A stretch of DNA of 15,679 nucleotides from Fidelibacterota bacterium. Lineage in GTDB: Bacteria; Fidelibacterota; Marinisomatia; Marinisomatales; TCS56. The notes below the pieces were generated by a model. It saw only the letters and a list, made by a program, of their open reading frames with translations. It had not been told where the DNA came from and ran no database searches. The position numbers and the translations under genes are program-made. Each line of letters opens with the position of its first letter. The stretch's first letter is position 1. The DNA is taken from NCBI GenBank assembly GCA_043822705.1, contig JBDRBK010000122.1:1-15679 (forward strand), written 5' to 3'. This document shows positions 6,551 to 15,679 of this stretch, piece after piece.

Positions 6551-7224
6551 GTCCAGAAAAAGCTCCTAAACCAGAGTTTAATGAATCGCAGCGTATCCTT
6601 GGAATTATTCATCTGCGTCGGTTCATCCCCGTAAACGGCAGGAATCGGGCGGTGGACGATCCGGTAGCCGCGCAGCGCCGCCCGGATCAACATTTCGCTC
6701 TCAAACTGGAAGCCGCCGGTCACAAAAGCGCTGTCCGTAAACAACGCCACCGGAAAGGCCCGGAAACCGCATTGCGAATCCTTGATGACGCTGTTGGTCC
6801 TGACAGATATGAATAAACTGGTGAGGAAATTAGAAATTTTACGCTGCAGTGGCATGGTTTTTCTGTCCCGGCGATAACCGATCTGAATCCGGCGCGGCTG
6901 GAAATCCAGGAAATCGCGCAGATACTCCGGCGGGTGCTGCAGATCCACGTCGATAACGATCACCTGGCCGATGCCGTGACTGCGGGCGTACTCCAGGCCG
7001 CTACGGATGGCCGCGCCTTTGCCACGATTGCCGTCATGGCTGATAAAACGGCTGCCCAGGGCGCTAAGTATGTCCCGGCCGGCATCACTGCTGCCATCAT
7101 CGATAAACAGCAGCTGCGGGCGGAATTCGGGCGCCACCCGCTGATAGAACCGGCGGATGTAGTCGGCGCCATTGTAAACCGGCACCAGGATCAGGTAGTC
7201 TTCAGGTGTTTTATTCGATGGCAT
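6547..7224 (-). CDS. Glycosyltransferase family 2 (polyprenol-phosphate glycosyltransferase / DPM-synthase-like)
   Basis: Motifs ILVPVYN, FIDDGSSD, NRGKGAAIRSG, DVDLQHPP (DxD), DSQCGFR and FESEML. Confidence 0.93.
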   Translation of the reverse strand: MPSNKTPEDYLILVPVYNGADYIRRFYQRVAPEFRPQLLFIDDGSSDAGRDILSALGSRFISHDGNRGKGAAIRSGLEYARSHGIGQVIVIDVDLQHPPEYLRDFLDFQPRRIQIGYRRDRKTMPLQRKISNFLTSLFISVRTNSVIKDSQCGFRAFPVALFTDSAFVTGGFQFESEMLIRAALRGYRIVHRPIPAVYGDEPTQMNNSKDTLRFIKLWFRSFFWT

Positions 7225-8455
7225 AATCCAACCGGGAATTTACTCCCTCCCGCTCGCCGATCAGGCGCGCCTGATTATCGAACCGCAACAATTTCCAGGA
7301 ATAAACCTGGTTCACGATAAAAGCCTGTTGGCCGCTGCCCGGCAAAACCTGGATGCCGTTCAAATGGCGGTATTCATCTCCCAGCAATATCGTTTCCGCG
7401 CCCGCGCTGAAAAATCCGGTTTGCCACTCGCCGGTCTCACGATTATACCCGGTGTAGTAACAGTCACCGGTGACGGGATTGACACTGATATCGTAGACTT
7501 TGAAATTATTGCGCATGATCGACAGTTCGTTGTCGGCGTTAATCGTTGCCAGGACCGAATCACCGCCAACCCAGCAACCGCCGTGAACGGGATCGGCCTC
7601 AAGCTCGGCGACGCCGGCGATGCCGCTCCGGCGCTGCGGGTTAGCGCTATCGCCCAGACGATAAGCCAACACCTGGTCGCTGCCGGCCGTCAGCCAGACC
7701 GCATTAGTCACCGGATCGTAGGCCAGGTCATGCCAACTGGAAACCGGATCGAGCAAGTTGACGCTCTGCAATTCCGTGCCGGTGCCGGAAAAAACCACGA
7801 TTGAGCCGGGATCGCCGGTCAGCAATACGAAAAAACGGCCGGTTTGCCGATCCTGCGCCAGCGCCACAGGGTTGCCGTCGAGCCGGATTTCCGACTGGAT
7901 TTCCAGACTGTCATTCAATTGCTGCAGCGACCGGTTCCAGTAATCGGCCACGATCGCCTGCCGGGCGGCAGCCAGATATTCCACCGCTATCGGTGATGTC
8001 AACTGGGCGCTGCCCAGCGCATAACGTCCGTCATAGGTCAACCGGTGAACGGCCATGTCATAAAAATCGGCAATCCAGATATTCAGCGGTCCCGGGATGA
8101 TCGTGACCGTATCCGATACGGTTCCAAGATCAAAACTGGTCCGCGCCTGCAGGCAATAACGATAGGTGGTATCATATTCGATCGCGCTATCGCTAAATCG
8201 GGCGGTTGGCTCGGCTACCGAATCATACAGTACCCAGGCGGAATTCCCGCTTTGCCGGAATATCCGGTAGTCCAACAGATCATCGACCACGACGGGATTC
8301 CAGGAAAGCGTCACCGTTGCCCGGTCGGACACGATCCGCACACCGGAGGGCGCGCCACCGGTCACGGGATTGACGGGATCGAACGGGTTCAACCGTTCCC
8401 GCTCCGAACAGCCGTAAAGTATAATCATGGCGGTAATTAGAAGTACTGCCCGCAT
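7211..8455 (-). CDS. Lipoprotein with an FN3-like domain and a C-terminal beta-propeller-like region (414 aa)
   Basis: Start moved to ATG 8455 (MRAVLLITAMIILYGC lipobox; immediately after the upstream stop at 8457). Followed by NPFDP, FN3 features (VTLSWNP, YRIFR, FSD...YDTTYRY) and repeated blade-like motifs (IWIAD, PVALAQD, LAYDPVTNAVW, ISVNPVTGDCY). Confidence 0.85.
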   Translation of the reverse strand: MRAVLLITAMIILYGCSERERLNPFDPVNPVTGGAPSGVRIVSDRATVTLSWNPVVVDDLLDYRIFRQSGNSAWVLYDSVAEPTARFSDSAIEYDTTYRYCLQARTSFDLGTVSDTVTIIPGPLNIWIADFYDMAVHRLTYDGRYALGSAQLTSPIAVEYLAAARQAIVADYWNRSLQQLNDSLEIQSEIRLDGNPVALAQDRQTGRFFVLLTGDPGSIVVFSGTGTELQSVNLLDPVSSWHDLAYDPVTNAVWLTAGSDQVLAYRLGDSANPQRRSGIAGVAELEADPVHGGCWVGGDSVLATINADNELSIMRNNFKVYDISVNPVTGDCYYTGYNRETGEWQTGFFSAGAETILLGDEYRHLNGIQVLPGSGQQAFIVNQVYSWKLLRFDNQARLIGEREGVNSRLDYAIE

Positions 8456-8456
8456 A

Positions 8457-8861
8457 TTAATCGGAATTGAATGACCGGACCACCAGCAAAAGCCCGGCTT
8501 CGGCCAGCACAAACGCCGTTCCGGCGTAGCGATCGTAATGCGCCGCCCGCTGGAATGACCGGTCCATTTCTTCAACACTGCCGGTAACCAGGTAATCCCG
8601 GTAATTATCTTCAGCCTGACGGCTGTAATGATAGGCCAGCAGGCCGAATACCGTCATGACGGTCAGACCGGCGCTGCGCTGGCGGTTCCAGGTCAGCTGC
8701 GGTCGCGGTGCGCAATCGACTTTGAAGGTGTCATAAACGGTGGTGCAGGTAGTGAATATCGAATCGATCGCTGCCGGGTGGTCGAATTGTTTGGGTTCGT
8801 TTCGGGCAAAGACCAGCGTGCAGGTGATCACGATGGCAATGGCCGGGGCCGGTATTTTCAA
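8457..8861 (-). CDS. Hypothetical exported or membrane protein (134 aa)
   Basis: Fills the operon gap exactly (TTG start just after the upstream stop). Signal-like N-terminus and two C-terminal hydrophobic segments flanking AEDNYRDY. Confidence 0.75.
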   Translation of the reverse strand: MKIPAPAIAIVITCTLVFARNEPKQFDHPAAIDSIFTTCTTVYDTFKVDCAPRPQLTWNRQRSAGLTVMTVFGLLAYHYSRQAEDNYRDYLVTGSVEEMDRSFQRAAHYDRYAGTAFVLAEAGLLLVVRSFNSD

Positions 8862-8867
8862 ATCGAC

Positions 8868-9974
8868 CTACCTCAGATAATGCAGCCGGTTGCGGCGATC
8901 GGCGATCAGCAACCCGTCGCTGGTCAGGTCGAGCGAACGGATCACATATTCGGTGTCGTGATGCCACAATTCCCGGCCGGTCAGGCGGTCCAGTGCGACG
9001 ATCCGGCCGCGGGCGAATGGCACGATGATTACATTGCCGGCGATCAGTAGTGGCTGGTTGACCAGTCCCTGCCCCTGAAACTGCCACTGCAACTCCCCGC
9101 TTTCCGGATTTATCGCTGACACAAATCCGCTGCCATGAGCGCAAATTACCAGTTCGTCGTTGATCAACGGACTGGTATATATCGGCCCATCCAGTTTGGT
9201 TGCATAGATTAATTGGCCCGCCGCCAGGTCGCAGACTACCAGCCGGCCGTGGGCGTCTCCGGCCGCGATCCGGTCGCCGGTAATTGCCGCCGACAGTGAT
9301 TGGTCCAGATCCAGCGACAACGGTTCCAGCGGCTCGAGCCCGGTGGTAAACCGATGCAGGTTACCGGTCGTGGAAAAAACAGCGATCGTCCCGCCGGAAA
9401 TGTAAAATTCGCTGGCGAAATCGACCGGCAAGGCGCGCCGTGCGATAAATTTTCCGTTGGCGGCGTTACCGGCGACAATATTCCGCTGCTCCTGATAAAA
9501 AACCAGACTGTCGATCACGGCGATTGCTCCGGGGGCCTTAAGCTTGCGGTTGCGCCACAGTTTTTTCTGCAGACTGAAATCATAGGCCGAAATCAGGCCG
9601 TCGATAATGGAACTGAAATACAGCCGGTTGCCGTCGATGCAGTGATTTGAGATCGGCTGGCGATAGGGTTGCCAGACCCGGCCCTGGCGCTGCCCCTGAT
9701 TCAGGTCCCACAAATATATTTCGCCGCGATAGGATAAAATCAGTGCCAGATCCTGGTTCAACACTTCGATCGCCACCGGCGGCGAAATCATTTTCGCACT
9801 CCACTGCAATACCGGCTGGACGGTTAAATCCCGGCTGCCGCTTACCGGTTCTTCGCTCAGGTCGATACTGTATTGCAGTTTACCGACACATCCGGAGGCC
9901 GCCAACACTAATAACGTGAGCAGCAGGCCGCCGGCCGTTCGAACAAAATATTTATTGGTGGACATCATCGTCAA
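8868..9974 (-). CDS. PQQ-like beta-propeller repeat lipoprotein (BamB-like)
   Basis: Lipobox LAASGC and repeated A-x-D/N-xx-(T/S)G-xxxW motifs (AINPESGELQWQF, ALDRLTGRELWH, AYDFSLQKKLW). The true start may be the ATG at 9968 or 9965. Confidence 0.88.
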   Translation of the reverse strand: MTMMSTNKYFVRTAGGLLLTLLVLAASGCVGKLQYSIDLSEEPVSGSRDLTVQPVLQWSAKMISPPVAIEVLNQDLALILSYRGEIYLWDLNQGQRQGRVWQPYRQPISNHCIDGNRLYFSSIIDGLISAYDFSLQKKLWRNRKLKAPGAIAVIDSLVFYQEQRNIVAGNAANGKFIARRALPVDFASEFYISGGTIAVFSTTGNLHRFTTGLEPLEPLSLDLDQSLSAAITGDRIAAGDAHGRLVVCDLAAGQLIYATKLDGPIYTSPLINDELVICAHGSGFVSAINPESGELQWQFQGQGLVNQPLLIAGNVIIVPFARGRIVALDRLTGRELWHHDTEYVIRSLDLTSDGLLIADRRNRLHYLR

Positions 9975-12796
9975 TAATCCCAGCCGAAGAAGAACTGCAC
10001 AAACCAGTCGCGGTCGATCGTTTTGAAATCGGTATGGCGGCCGATATCCAGGCGCAGCACTACCCCGCCCAGGAACAGTCCGCGTAACCCGAAGCCCATA
10101 CTGCCGATCAGGTCGGGCCTTTCATTATCCCAGGCATTACCGGCATCCACAAACAGGGCGCCACGGATCGGGCTCACGCCAATCCCGCCGCGGCTGAAAT
10201 TAAGCATCAGACTGTGAGCCAGCGGGAAGCGCAGCTCCTGGTTGAACATCATGTACTTGCTGCCGTAAATATCGTACAGATTATAGCCGCGGATGCCCCA
10301 ACTGCCGCCGATGTAGTAGCGCCGGATATCCTCGCCGTCATTGATCCAGATCATCGTCCGCTGGGCGAAGGTGACGAATTGCCGGATCCGCAGATAATAG
10401 CGCGAATCGATCAGTCCGGTCAGATTGTGCAGCCGGCTCTTTTTCAGGTCGATCGTCGGACCAATTGTCAGGCGCAGGCGCCAGCCGTCGATTGGCCCGG
10501 TATAGTACCACAGGGAATTATCGTGGATGAAAGATACGAAATTGGATAACAGGACCGTCGACCTGGTGTTGTTGAAATAGAAATCCTTGTAGGAGTACCA
10601 GAAAGTACCGCTGAATTCCAGCCGCCGGAAAACATCCAGCGGGTAATTGATGCCGCCACGGATTCCGTACGTCCGCTCGAAATAAAAGGCCTGGTAGGGA
10701 TCAAAATAGTCATTGGCGAAATGGAAGATTCCCAGCGCCAGGTTGGAGCGGCCGGTCAGATCCACCATCGTGACCGCGAAATTGAAACGTCCCAGAAAAT
10801 CGCCGGAAGTCTGGGCGGTGTTGGTCAATAGAAAATGGTAATAGCGGTTCCCCAGTAAATCGGAAATGCTGAGCTGGGCGCCCCCCAGCACGCCGTAGAT
10901 CGGATCGTAGGCCACTGCGGTCTGGGCCAGATCGAGACTGTAACGCAGTTTGTATGGTTCTTTTTTCCGGCTGATTGTCGTTGGGATTGTAGGCGGAGAC
11001 CAGCCCTTAACAGTCGAACGGCTGAAGGTCGTATCGATCGGCGTAGAGACGGAAAATTCACTCAGCGGCAGTCGGTGAATCTGAAAATTGTATTCCTGAA
11101 AGGAACTCACCAGCAAAGAATCAGCCGCCAGCGGCACGATATCGTGAATCCCGGTGTGAACATTGGTTAACTGCTGCAATTGCACGATATGTCGCGGTTC
11201 GTTGTCGCTGATCCGAACCGACCAGATATTGGGCGTCCCGGACCGGTCCGAGATAAAATATATCAATTGTTGGTCGGCAGTGGACCAGCGCGGATATTTT
11301 TCCTGGTATTCATCCTTGAACAGCATTTTCAACTGCCGCGTCGCCAGATCAAGGATAAACAGGTCGGTTCCGCCATCGAGAATTTCCCGGCCACGGTCCG
11401 ATACGAAAACAACCGCACTGTCGTCGGGACTGAAAGCAGGATCGCTGTCGCAATAGATATCGGCCGTCAGGCGAATGGCGGTGCTGCTGTCGACGGTCCA
11501 GATATACAGGTCGGCCAAACCATTGAAATTCTGGGCGCTGAACACGATTTTAGCGTCGTCGTGGGACCAGACCGGAGTTCGGATCGAAATAATCTGCGGG
11601 TGACTGAAAGAAGTGATTTCCTTGCGGGTGGCCAGGTCCACGACCCGGATTACGTCCTGTTGTCCCGATTTGGTTACATACGCCAGCTTACCGTCCCGAC
11701 TGACATTCAACCCGGATTGGGTGATATGCAGCGATTCGAATTCGGCCCCACGCTCACCCTTTAACACGGTCTTCTTTTTCCTGTCGTCGACGTCCAGACT
11801 CTGCGAAAGAATATCGGTGTAACCGCTCCGACTTGATAAGTAAACCAGGTGTTGATTGCCCAGATGGTCGTAATACAGGGCGGGACTGACATTGGTGCCG
11901 GTTTTGGTCAACTGGTTCTCGCCGTTGCCGATGACGAAATCCTGTTGCAGCGGTTCGGCCATCTGTTTTTTGAGCGCCAGGCGCCAATCCAGCATGAGCG
12001 TAGTAAATTCCTTGCCGGTCACACCTTTGATTGTTTGCTCGAAATTTTCGTAGCGCCAGTAATCCTCCATCAGCCGACGGATATCATCGGTTCCATAGGT
12101 TTCTTCGAAATATCCCAGAAAAGATTGGCCTTCCTTGTACAGTAAAAACCCGGCCCGATACAGCGCTTCGCTATCCAGCGGATACAAATGATCGTACAGC
12201 AACGCGTCCCGAATCACCATTTCGGCCTGGGAATCCCAGTTGCCGGACCATAGATCGGCCAGTCCTTCGGTAAACCACAACGGGAAATTGGGCGATTCCC
12301 ACATGCCGATATCGCTGGAAACGTAGGAAATTTTGGCATGCGTGAAGGCATGCACCATTTCATGGCGGATCACCTTGCGGAAATCAAACATATTGCCGTT
12401 GAAGGGAATGACCACTCTTTTCTTGATATACTCGATGAAGCCCCCGACTCCCTCCGGAATATGATAGGGCAGGATGTTTGTCTGCTGGAAATGAATATGA
12501 TTGCTGTAGACCACCAGCGGAATTTTTCGACTGAAGGTACAATTGAATTTCAATTCCAGTTCACCAAACGCCTCCTCGGCAAAATAGGCAGCCACCTGCC
12601 CCAACTGCTCTTCGCCGGTGTAATAGTAGAGATAAAAATGCTCGGTTTCCAGCACCTGCCAATCAAAATCCTCGTACTGTATCTTATTGCGGCCGAAATA
12701 AAACTGACCGGTCATAACGACCGGCAGTAACACTATAATTGCCAGAGATAACACTGACAGCCCGCCCCGGTATTTTACAGATTGTGTTTTATTCAT
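9971..12796 (-). CDS. Omp85 (BamA/TamA) superfamily protein fused to an N-terminal gluzincin-like metallopeptidase domain and PD40/TolB-like propeller
   Basis: Signal peptide and FGRNKIQY. HEMVH (HExxH, 12350-12364) plus PLWFTEGLA as third Zn ligand. PD40 repeats (PVWSHDD, PAFSPDD, PRWS). Barrel motifs YYIGGSWGIRGY and FVDAGNAW, with terminal FFFGWDY. Confidence 0.9.
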   Translation of the reverse strand: MNKTQSVKYRGGLSVLSLAIIVLLPVVMTGQFYFGRNKIQYEDFDWQVLETEHFYLYYYTGEEQLGQVAAYFAEEAFGELELKFNCTFSRKIPLVVYSNHIHFQQTNILPYHIPEGVGGFIEYIKKRVVIPFNGNMFDFRKVIRHEMVHAFTHAKISYVSSDIGMWESPNFPLWFTEGLADLWSGNWDSQAEMVIRDALLYDHLYPLDSEALYRAGFLLYKEGQSFLGYFEETYGTDDIRRLMEDYWRYENFEQTIKGVTGKEFTTLMLDWRLALKKQMAEPLQQDFVIGNGENQLTKTGTNVSPALYYDHLGNQHLVYLSSRSGYTDILSQSLDVDDRKKKTVLKGERGAEFESLHITQSGLNVSRDGKLAYVTKSGQQDVIRVVDLATRKEITSFSHPQIISIRTPVWSHDDAKIVFSAQNFNGLADLYIWTVDSSTAIRLTADIYCDSDPAFSPDDSAVVFVSDRGREILDGGTDLFILDLATRQLKMLFKDEYQEKYPRWSTADQQLIYFISDRSGTPNIWSVRISDNEPRHIVQLQQLTNVHTGIHDIVPLAADSLLVSSFQEYNFQIHRLPLSEFSVSTPIDTTFSRSTVKGWSPPTIPTTISRKKEPYKLRYSLDLAQTAVAYDPIYGVLGGAQLSISDLLGNRYYHFLLTNTAQTSGDFLGRFNFAVTMVDLTGRSNLALGIFHFANDYFDPYQAFYFERTYGIRGGINYPLDVFRRLEFSGTFWYSYKDFYFNNTRSTVLLSNFVSFIHDNSLWYYTGPIDGWRLRLTIGPTIDLKKSRLHNLTGLIDSRYYLRIRQFVTFAQRTMIWINDGEDIRRYYIGGSWGIRGYNLYDIYGSKYMMFNQELRFPLAHSLMLNFSRGGIGVSPIRGALFVDAGNAWDNERPDLIGSMGFGLRGLFLGGVVLRLDIGRHTDFKTIDRDWFVQFFFGWDY

Positions 12797-12862
12797 CGAA
12801 CTTCGCGGTCATTGGTTTATCGGCGATCCATGGAAGTCTGTTGAACAATCGTACCGGTGCGG

Positions 12863-13336
12863 TCAACTCGGTAAAATTGTTATTAATGCCATAAAGGACA
12901 GGGCAAATAATCCTGCGCCGCTGAAGGTGTTGAACAGGCGCAATTGCTTGCTGGATGTCAGATACTCCTGGAGATAAATATTCTGATATTCAATACTCTG
13001 GAGGCGCAGATGATTGCGGCGGTTGACCGGCAGGTCGACTTTTTTCTTGTAGGCAAAATACGATGGTACGCCGACGATAAGAACCACCTCCAGAGCACGG
13101 CTGCGATAAGGATAGTCCGGCACCAGACTCGATCCGGTCAGGAACAGGCTGCAGAACTCGAATCCGCCACAGCGTGTGAGCCAGGGTTTGACCTTGAAAT
13201 CATCGACGGCATCACTGCGGGCCTGTTTGCGAATTTGTTCATCATTCAAACCGACGACCTGCCCGAACAGCAGATTGAATATTATTAAGCTGATTAGACA
13301 TAAATAAATCCAGTGCCTGCAACCAGATTTTGTCAT
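12863..13336 (-). CDS. Hypothetical membrane protein (157 aa)
   Basis: Co-oriented ORF filling the gap, with a signal-like N-terminus and central and C-terminal hydrophobic segments. Confidence 0.7.
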   Translation of the reverse strand: MTKSGCRHWIYLCLISLIIFNLLFGQVVGLNDEQIRKQARSDAVDDFKVKPWLTRCGGFEFCSLFLTGSSLVPDYPYRSRALEVVLIVGVPSYFAYKKKVDLPVNRRNHLRLQSIEYQNIYLQEYLTSSKQLRLFNTFSGAGLFALSFMALITILPS

Positions 13337-13461
13337 TTTTATTTCAATCCCAAGGTATTTATGTATTAATCCTTTTTCCGCCGCGCCGAAAATAGAGCAG
13401 TTATAATGATATCTGCCATTAAAAATATGTCAGCGGTCTTATTAGGAGTCAGGAGGCTGTG

Positions 13462-14052
13462 TCAGGCGAAATGAGATCGCTGGGAGTCGGGAAAATCGGC
13501 ATCGCTGAAAATGTCGGCCTGAAAAGTAAACAGGCGGGCGTTTTCCCGCCACCCTTCCGGCGGTAACCCGGCTTTCCGACAAAGCTGATCGAGTGTCTGC
13601 TGTAAAGACCAGCCCTGTTCAATTGCCACCTGGGGCAGGAAAACGGCGGATCGACCTTCCTTGCGCAGCAGGATGCCATCCCGACCGATAATGATATCCT
13701 GCCACTTGCCGATCGGTCGAATTGGCGACAGTACGGATATTTCGATTTCTATTTTTGATAATTCAGGTAAAGATACCGCTTTGAAACGCCAATCCCGTAC
13801 CGCTGCTTCCAAAGCCATTTTGCCGACGACTTCAGCCAACGACAGGTCATCGGCCAGATGACCGATGCAACCCCGCAGCTGACCTTTATTTCGCAGTGTC
13901 ACAAAGGCACCGCAGCGGACATCCGGGGGGATTGCGGAATGAGCTTCGGGCAGCGAACGGCCTCCTATCAAGTACTCCTTGATGGAATTACGGGCAAGTC
14001 TTAATAATTCAATCTTCTGCTGATTAGTTACTGCGAATGACGGGCTATTCAA
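13462..14052 (-). CDS. amrA: AmmeMemoRadiSam system protein A (AMMECR1 domain)
   Basis: Motifs GAFVTL, LRGCIG, DxRF, IEISVLSP, GRDG, FLPQVA and LCRKAGL. TTG start. Confidence 0.95.
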   Translation of the reverse strand: MNSPSFAVTNQQKIELLRLARNSIKEYLIGGRSLPEAHSAIPPDVRCGAFVTLRNKGQLRGCIGHLADDLSLAEVVGKMALEAAVRDWRFKAVSLPELSKIEIEISVLSPIRPIGKWQDIIIGRDGILLRKEGRSAVFLPQVAIEQGWSLQQTLDQLCRKAGLPPEGWRENARLFTFQADIFSDADFPDSQRSHFA

Positions 14053-14104
14053 ACCGGTATCCGGTGCTGCTGCGGGACTGTCGCCTGATTAAATCCCGAA
14101 TCGT

Positions 14105-15679
14105 TCACTGTTTCTGAAAATTGCGCTGAAGTACTTCGGTTAAGCTGCCGATCGTGAAGGGCTTGGACAGATAATCGGTAAATCCCTGTTTGATAAAATC
14201 ATCCTGCATGCCCTTCATGGCATGAGCAGTAACGGCAATCGCAGGCAGATTCTTATATTGCTGGTTTTCGCGCACCCGCCTGAGAAACTCAATTCCGTCC
14301 ATTTCTTCCGACAGACTGATATCAATCAACATGCCATCAGGATTAATCTCATCCAGGCGGGCCAGGGCCTTAATGCCGGAATCCATGGAAATAAAATCAT
14401 GTTTTAATTTTGTCAGCAAGAATTCAATATATTTGATATTGGCGGGATTATCTTCCAGAATGAGTAATTTTAATCGATCGCTGCCTGTTGCTTCCTGCAT
14501 CGCTTGATTTACCACCTGTTTTTTGATGGTTGTCCTTTGAGTATTTTTATTTTCGCTTTCCTGCCGGGACGGGCTTAAGGGCAATGATATCGTAAAAGTA
14601 CTCCCTTGTCCCTCCTGACTCTCGACTTCTATCCGACCATTCATCGAAACCACCAGGCGCTGTGTTATCGCCAGGCCCAATCCGACACCTTCGAAACTGC
14701 GGGTATAACCCTCTTCGGCCTGCTTAAACAGAGTAAACAGATGCGGCCGGAATTCCGCTTTGATACCGATTCCGGTATCTGTGATCGCCACCTGATATTC
14801 CGATCCGGTGACGCACGTCGTGATCAGAATTTCCCCCTGTGGCGTGAATTTAACAGCATTGTTCAATAAATTGCCAAGGACTTGTTGCATCCGGACAATA
14901 TCAACCGTTATCCGCGCCGCACCACCACGATAATCTTCTCTAATGGTCAAATTCTTTTGCCGGGCTGCCATTTTGATTTCCGTCGCCGCCGTTTTGACCA
15001 GTTCATCGCCGATGATTTGATCGGTCTTCAGGATAATTGTCCCGGTTTCTATGCGGCTGATATCCAGGATATCATCCATCAGGCGAATTAATCGTGAGCC
15101 CCCCTGATTAATAATATCAACGAATTCTCGCTGCTGGTCGGTCAGGTTATCTCCGAACGACATCTGCAGAATATCCGTATAACCCAAAATGACATTCAAT
15201 GGCGTCCGCACTTCATGTGACATCGTGCTTAAAAAAACGCTTTTCAACTTGTCGGAAATTTCCGCCCGTTCCTTGGCTTCCTGCAGTTCCTGACGGGATC
15301 TTTTCAGATTGGCTACGTACATCGTACCGACGAACTGGCGCCGGAAAAAGAAGGCCAGAACGACGGAACAGAGATGAAATATTATCAGTAGAATGGAATC
15401 CACCAGCAGTTCGGAACGCAGAAACGGTATTGCAATCAATCCGGTGATGGCAATACCGTTTAATAGGTACTGCTCGCGCCAGAAACGGTGATAAAAAAAA
15501 GTAGCAAAAAAGATTACCATGAAATTGGCGATCAATACGATGCTATAATCGCTGCCGACGGTGATTAACATCCAGTATTCATATCCCAGACATAACAACA
15601 ATCCCGGAATCAACAACAGCAGCAACGGCCGGTCTTTTATATCATCACCGGGAATAATGAATTTCCAGCGGCTGAGAAT
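14105..15679 (-). CDS. Membrane-bound hybrid sensor histidine kinase/response regulator, 5'-truncated by the window edge
   Basis: TM segments, H-box FLSTMSHEVRTPLN, N-box NLLNNAVKFT, G boxes DTGIGI and GVGLGL, and a receiver domain (ILEDN, LIDISL, AVTAHA, YLSKP). The frame stays open to 15679. Confidence 0.95.
   Translation of the reverse strand: MLSRWKFIIPGDDIKDRPLLLLLIPGLLLCLGYEYWMLITVGSDYSIVLIANFMVIFFATFFYHRFWREQYLLNGIAITGLIAIPFLRSELLVDSILLIIFHLCSVVLAFFFRRQFVGTMYVANLKRSRQELQEAKERAEISDKLKSVFLSTMSHEVRTPLNVILGYTDILQMSFGDNLTDQQREFVDIINQGGSRLIRLMDDILDISRIETGTIILKTDQIIGDELVKTAATEIKMAARQKNLTIREDYRGGAARITVDIVRMQQVLGNLLNNAVKFTPQGEILITTCVTGSEYQVAITDTGIGIKAEFRPHLFTLFKQAEEGYTRSFEGVGLGLAITQRLVVSMNGRIEVESQEGQGSTFTISLPLSPSRQESENKNTQRTTIKKQVVNQAMQEATGSDRLKLLILEDNPANIKYIEFLLTKLKHDFISMDSGIKALARLDEINPDGMLIDISLSEEMDGIEFLRRVRENQQYKNLPAIAVTAHAMKGMQDDFIKQGFTDYLSKPFTIGSLTEVLQRNFQKQ

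Noticed and set aside
8456..8578. N-terminal extension of the 455-aa ORF in the track
   Set aside because: It overlaps the 134-aa gene and buries the lipoprotein signal peptide; ATG 8455 is the better start.
5017..15447. Numerous + strand and alternate-frame ORFs of 60-194 aa
   Set aside because: Shadow ORFs overlapping well-supported minus-strand genes in GC-rich DNA.
1..15679. CRISPR array, retron/RT or intact transposase
   Set aside because: No regularly spaced direct repeats and no cas, RT or transposase motifs found by eye.

Overview
Bacterial window, probably FCB-superphylum-like (inferred from gene content only), with nearly all genes on the minus strand. The right two-thirds is GC-rich and looks like core genome. 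It holds a partial hybrid histidine kinase, amrA (AMMECR1), a small membrane protein and a tightly coupled six-gene envelope operon: a metallopeptidase-PD40-Omp85 fusion, a BamB-like PQQ-repeat lipoprotein, a small membrane protein, an FN3/beta-propeller lipoprotein, a GT2 glycosyltransferase and a DedA/YqaA protein. These are followed by an outer-membrane beta-barrel, a lipoprotein gene broken by one premature TAA, and tRNA-Pro(CGG). Downstream of the tRNA lies a very AT-rich island (about 920-3420) organised like an integron cassette array with no intact integrase in the window. Its two ORFs each start a few bases after a GTT core site, with a 99-bp attC-like site between them and a broken attC after the second. 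Both proteins carry an Rx4H HEPN-type motif: a LA2681-like TPR-HEPN protein and an uncharacterised 246-aa protein, making them candidate anti-phage or toxin cassettes. A possible decayed tyrosine-recombinase fragment, a tRNA-like sequence at the array entry point and REP-like palindromes flank the island.
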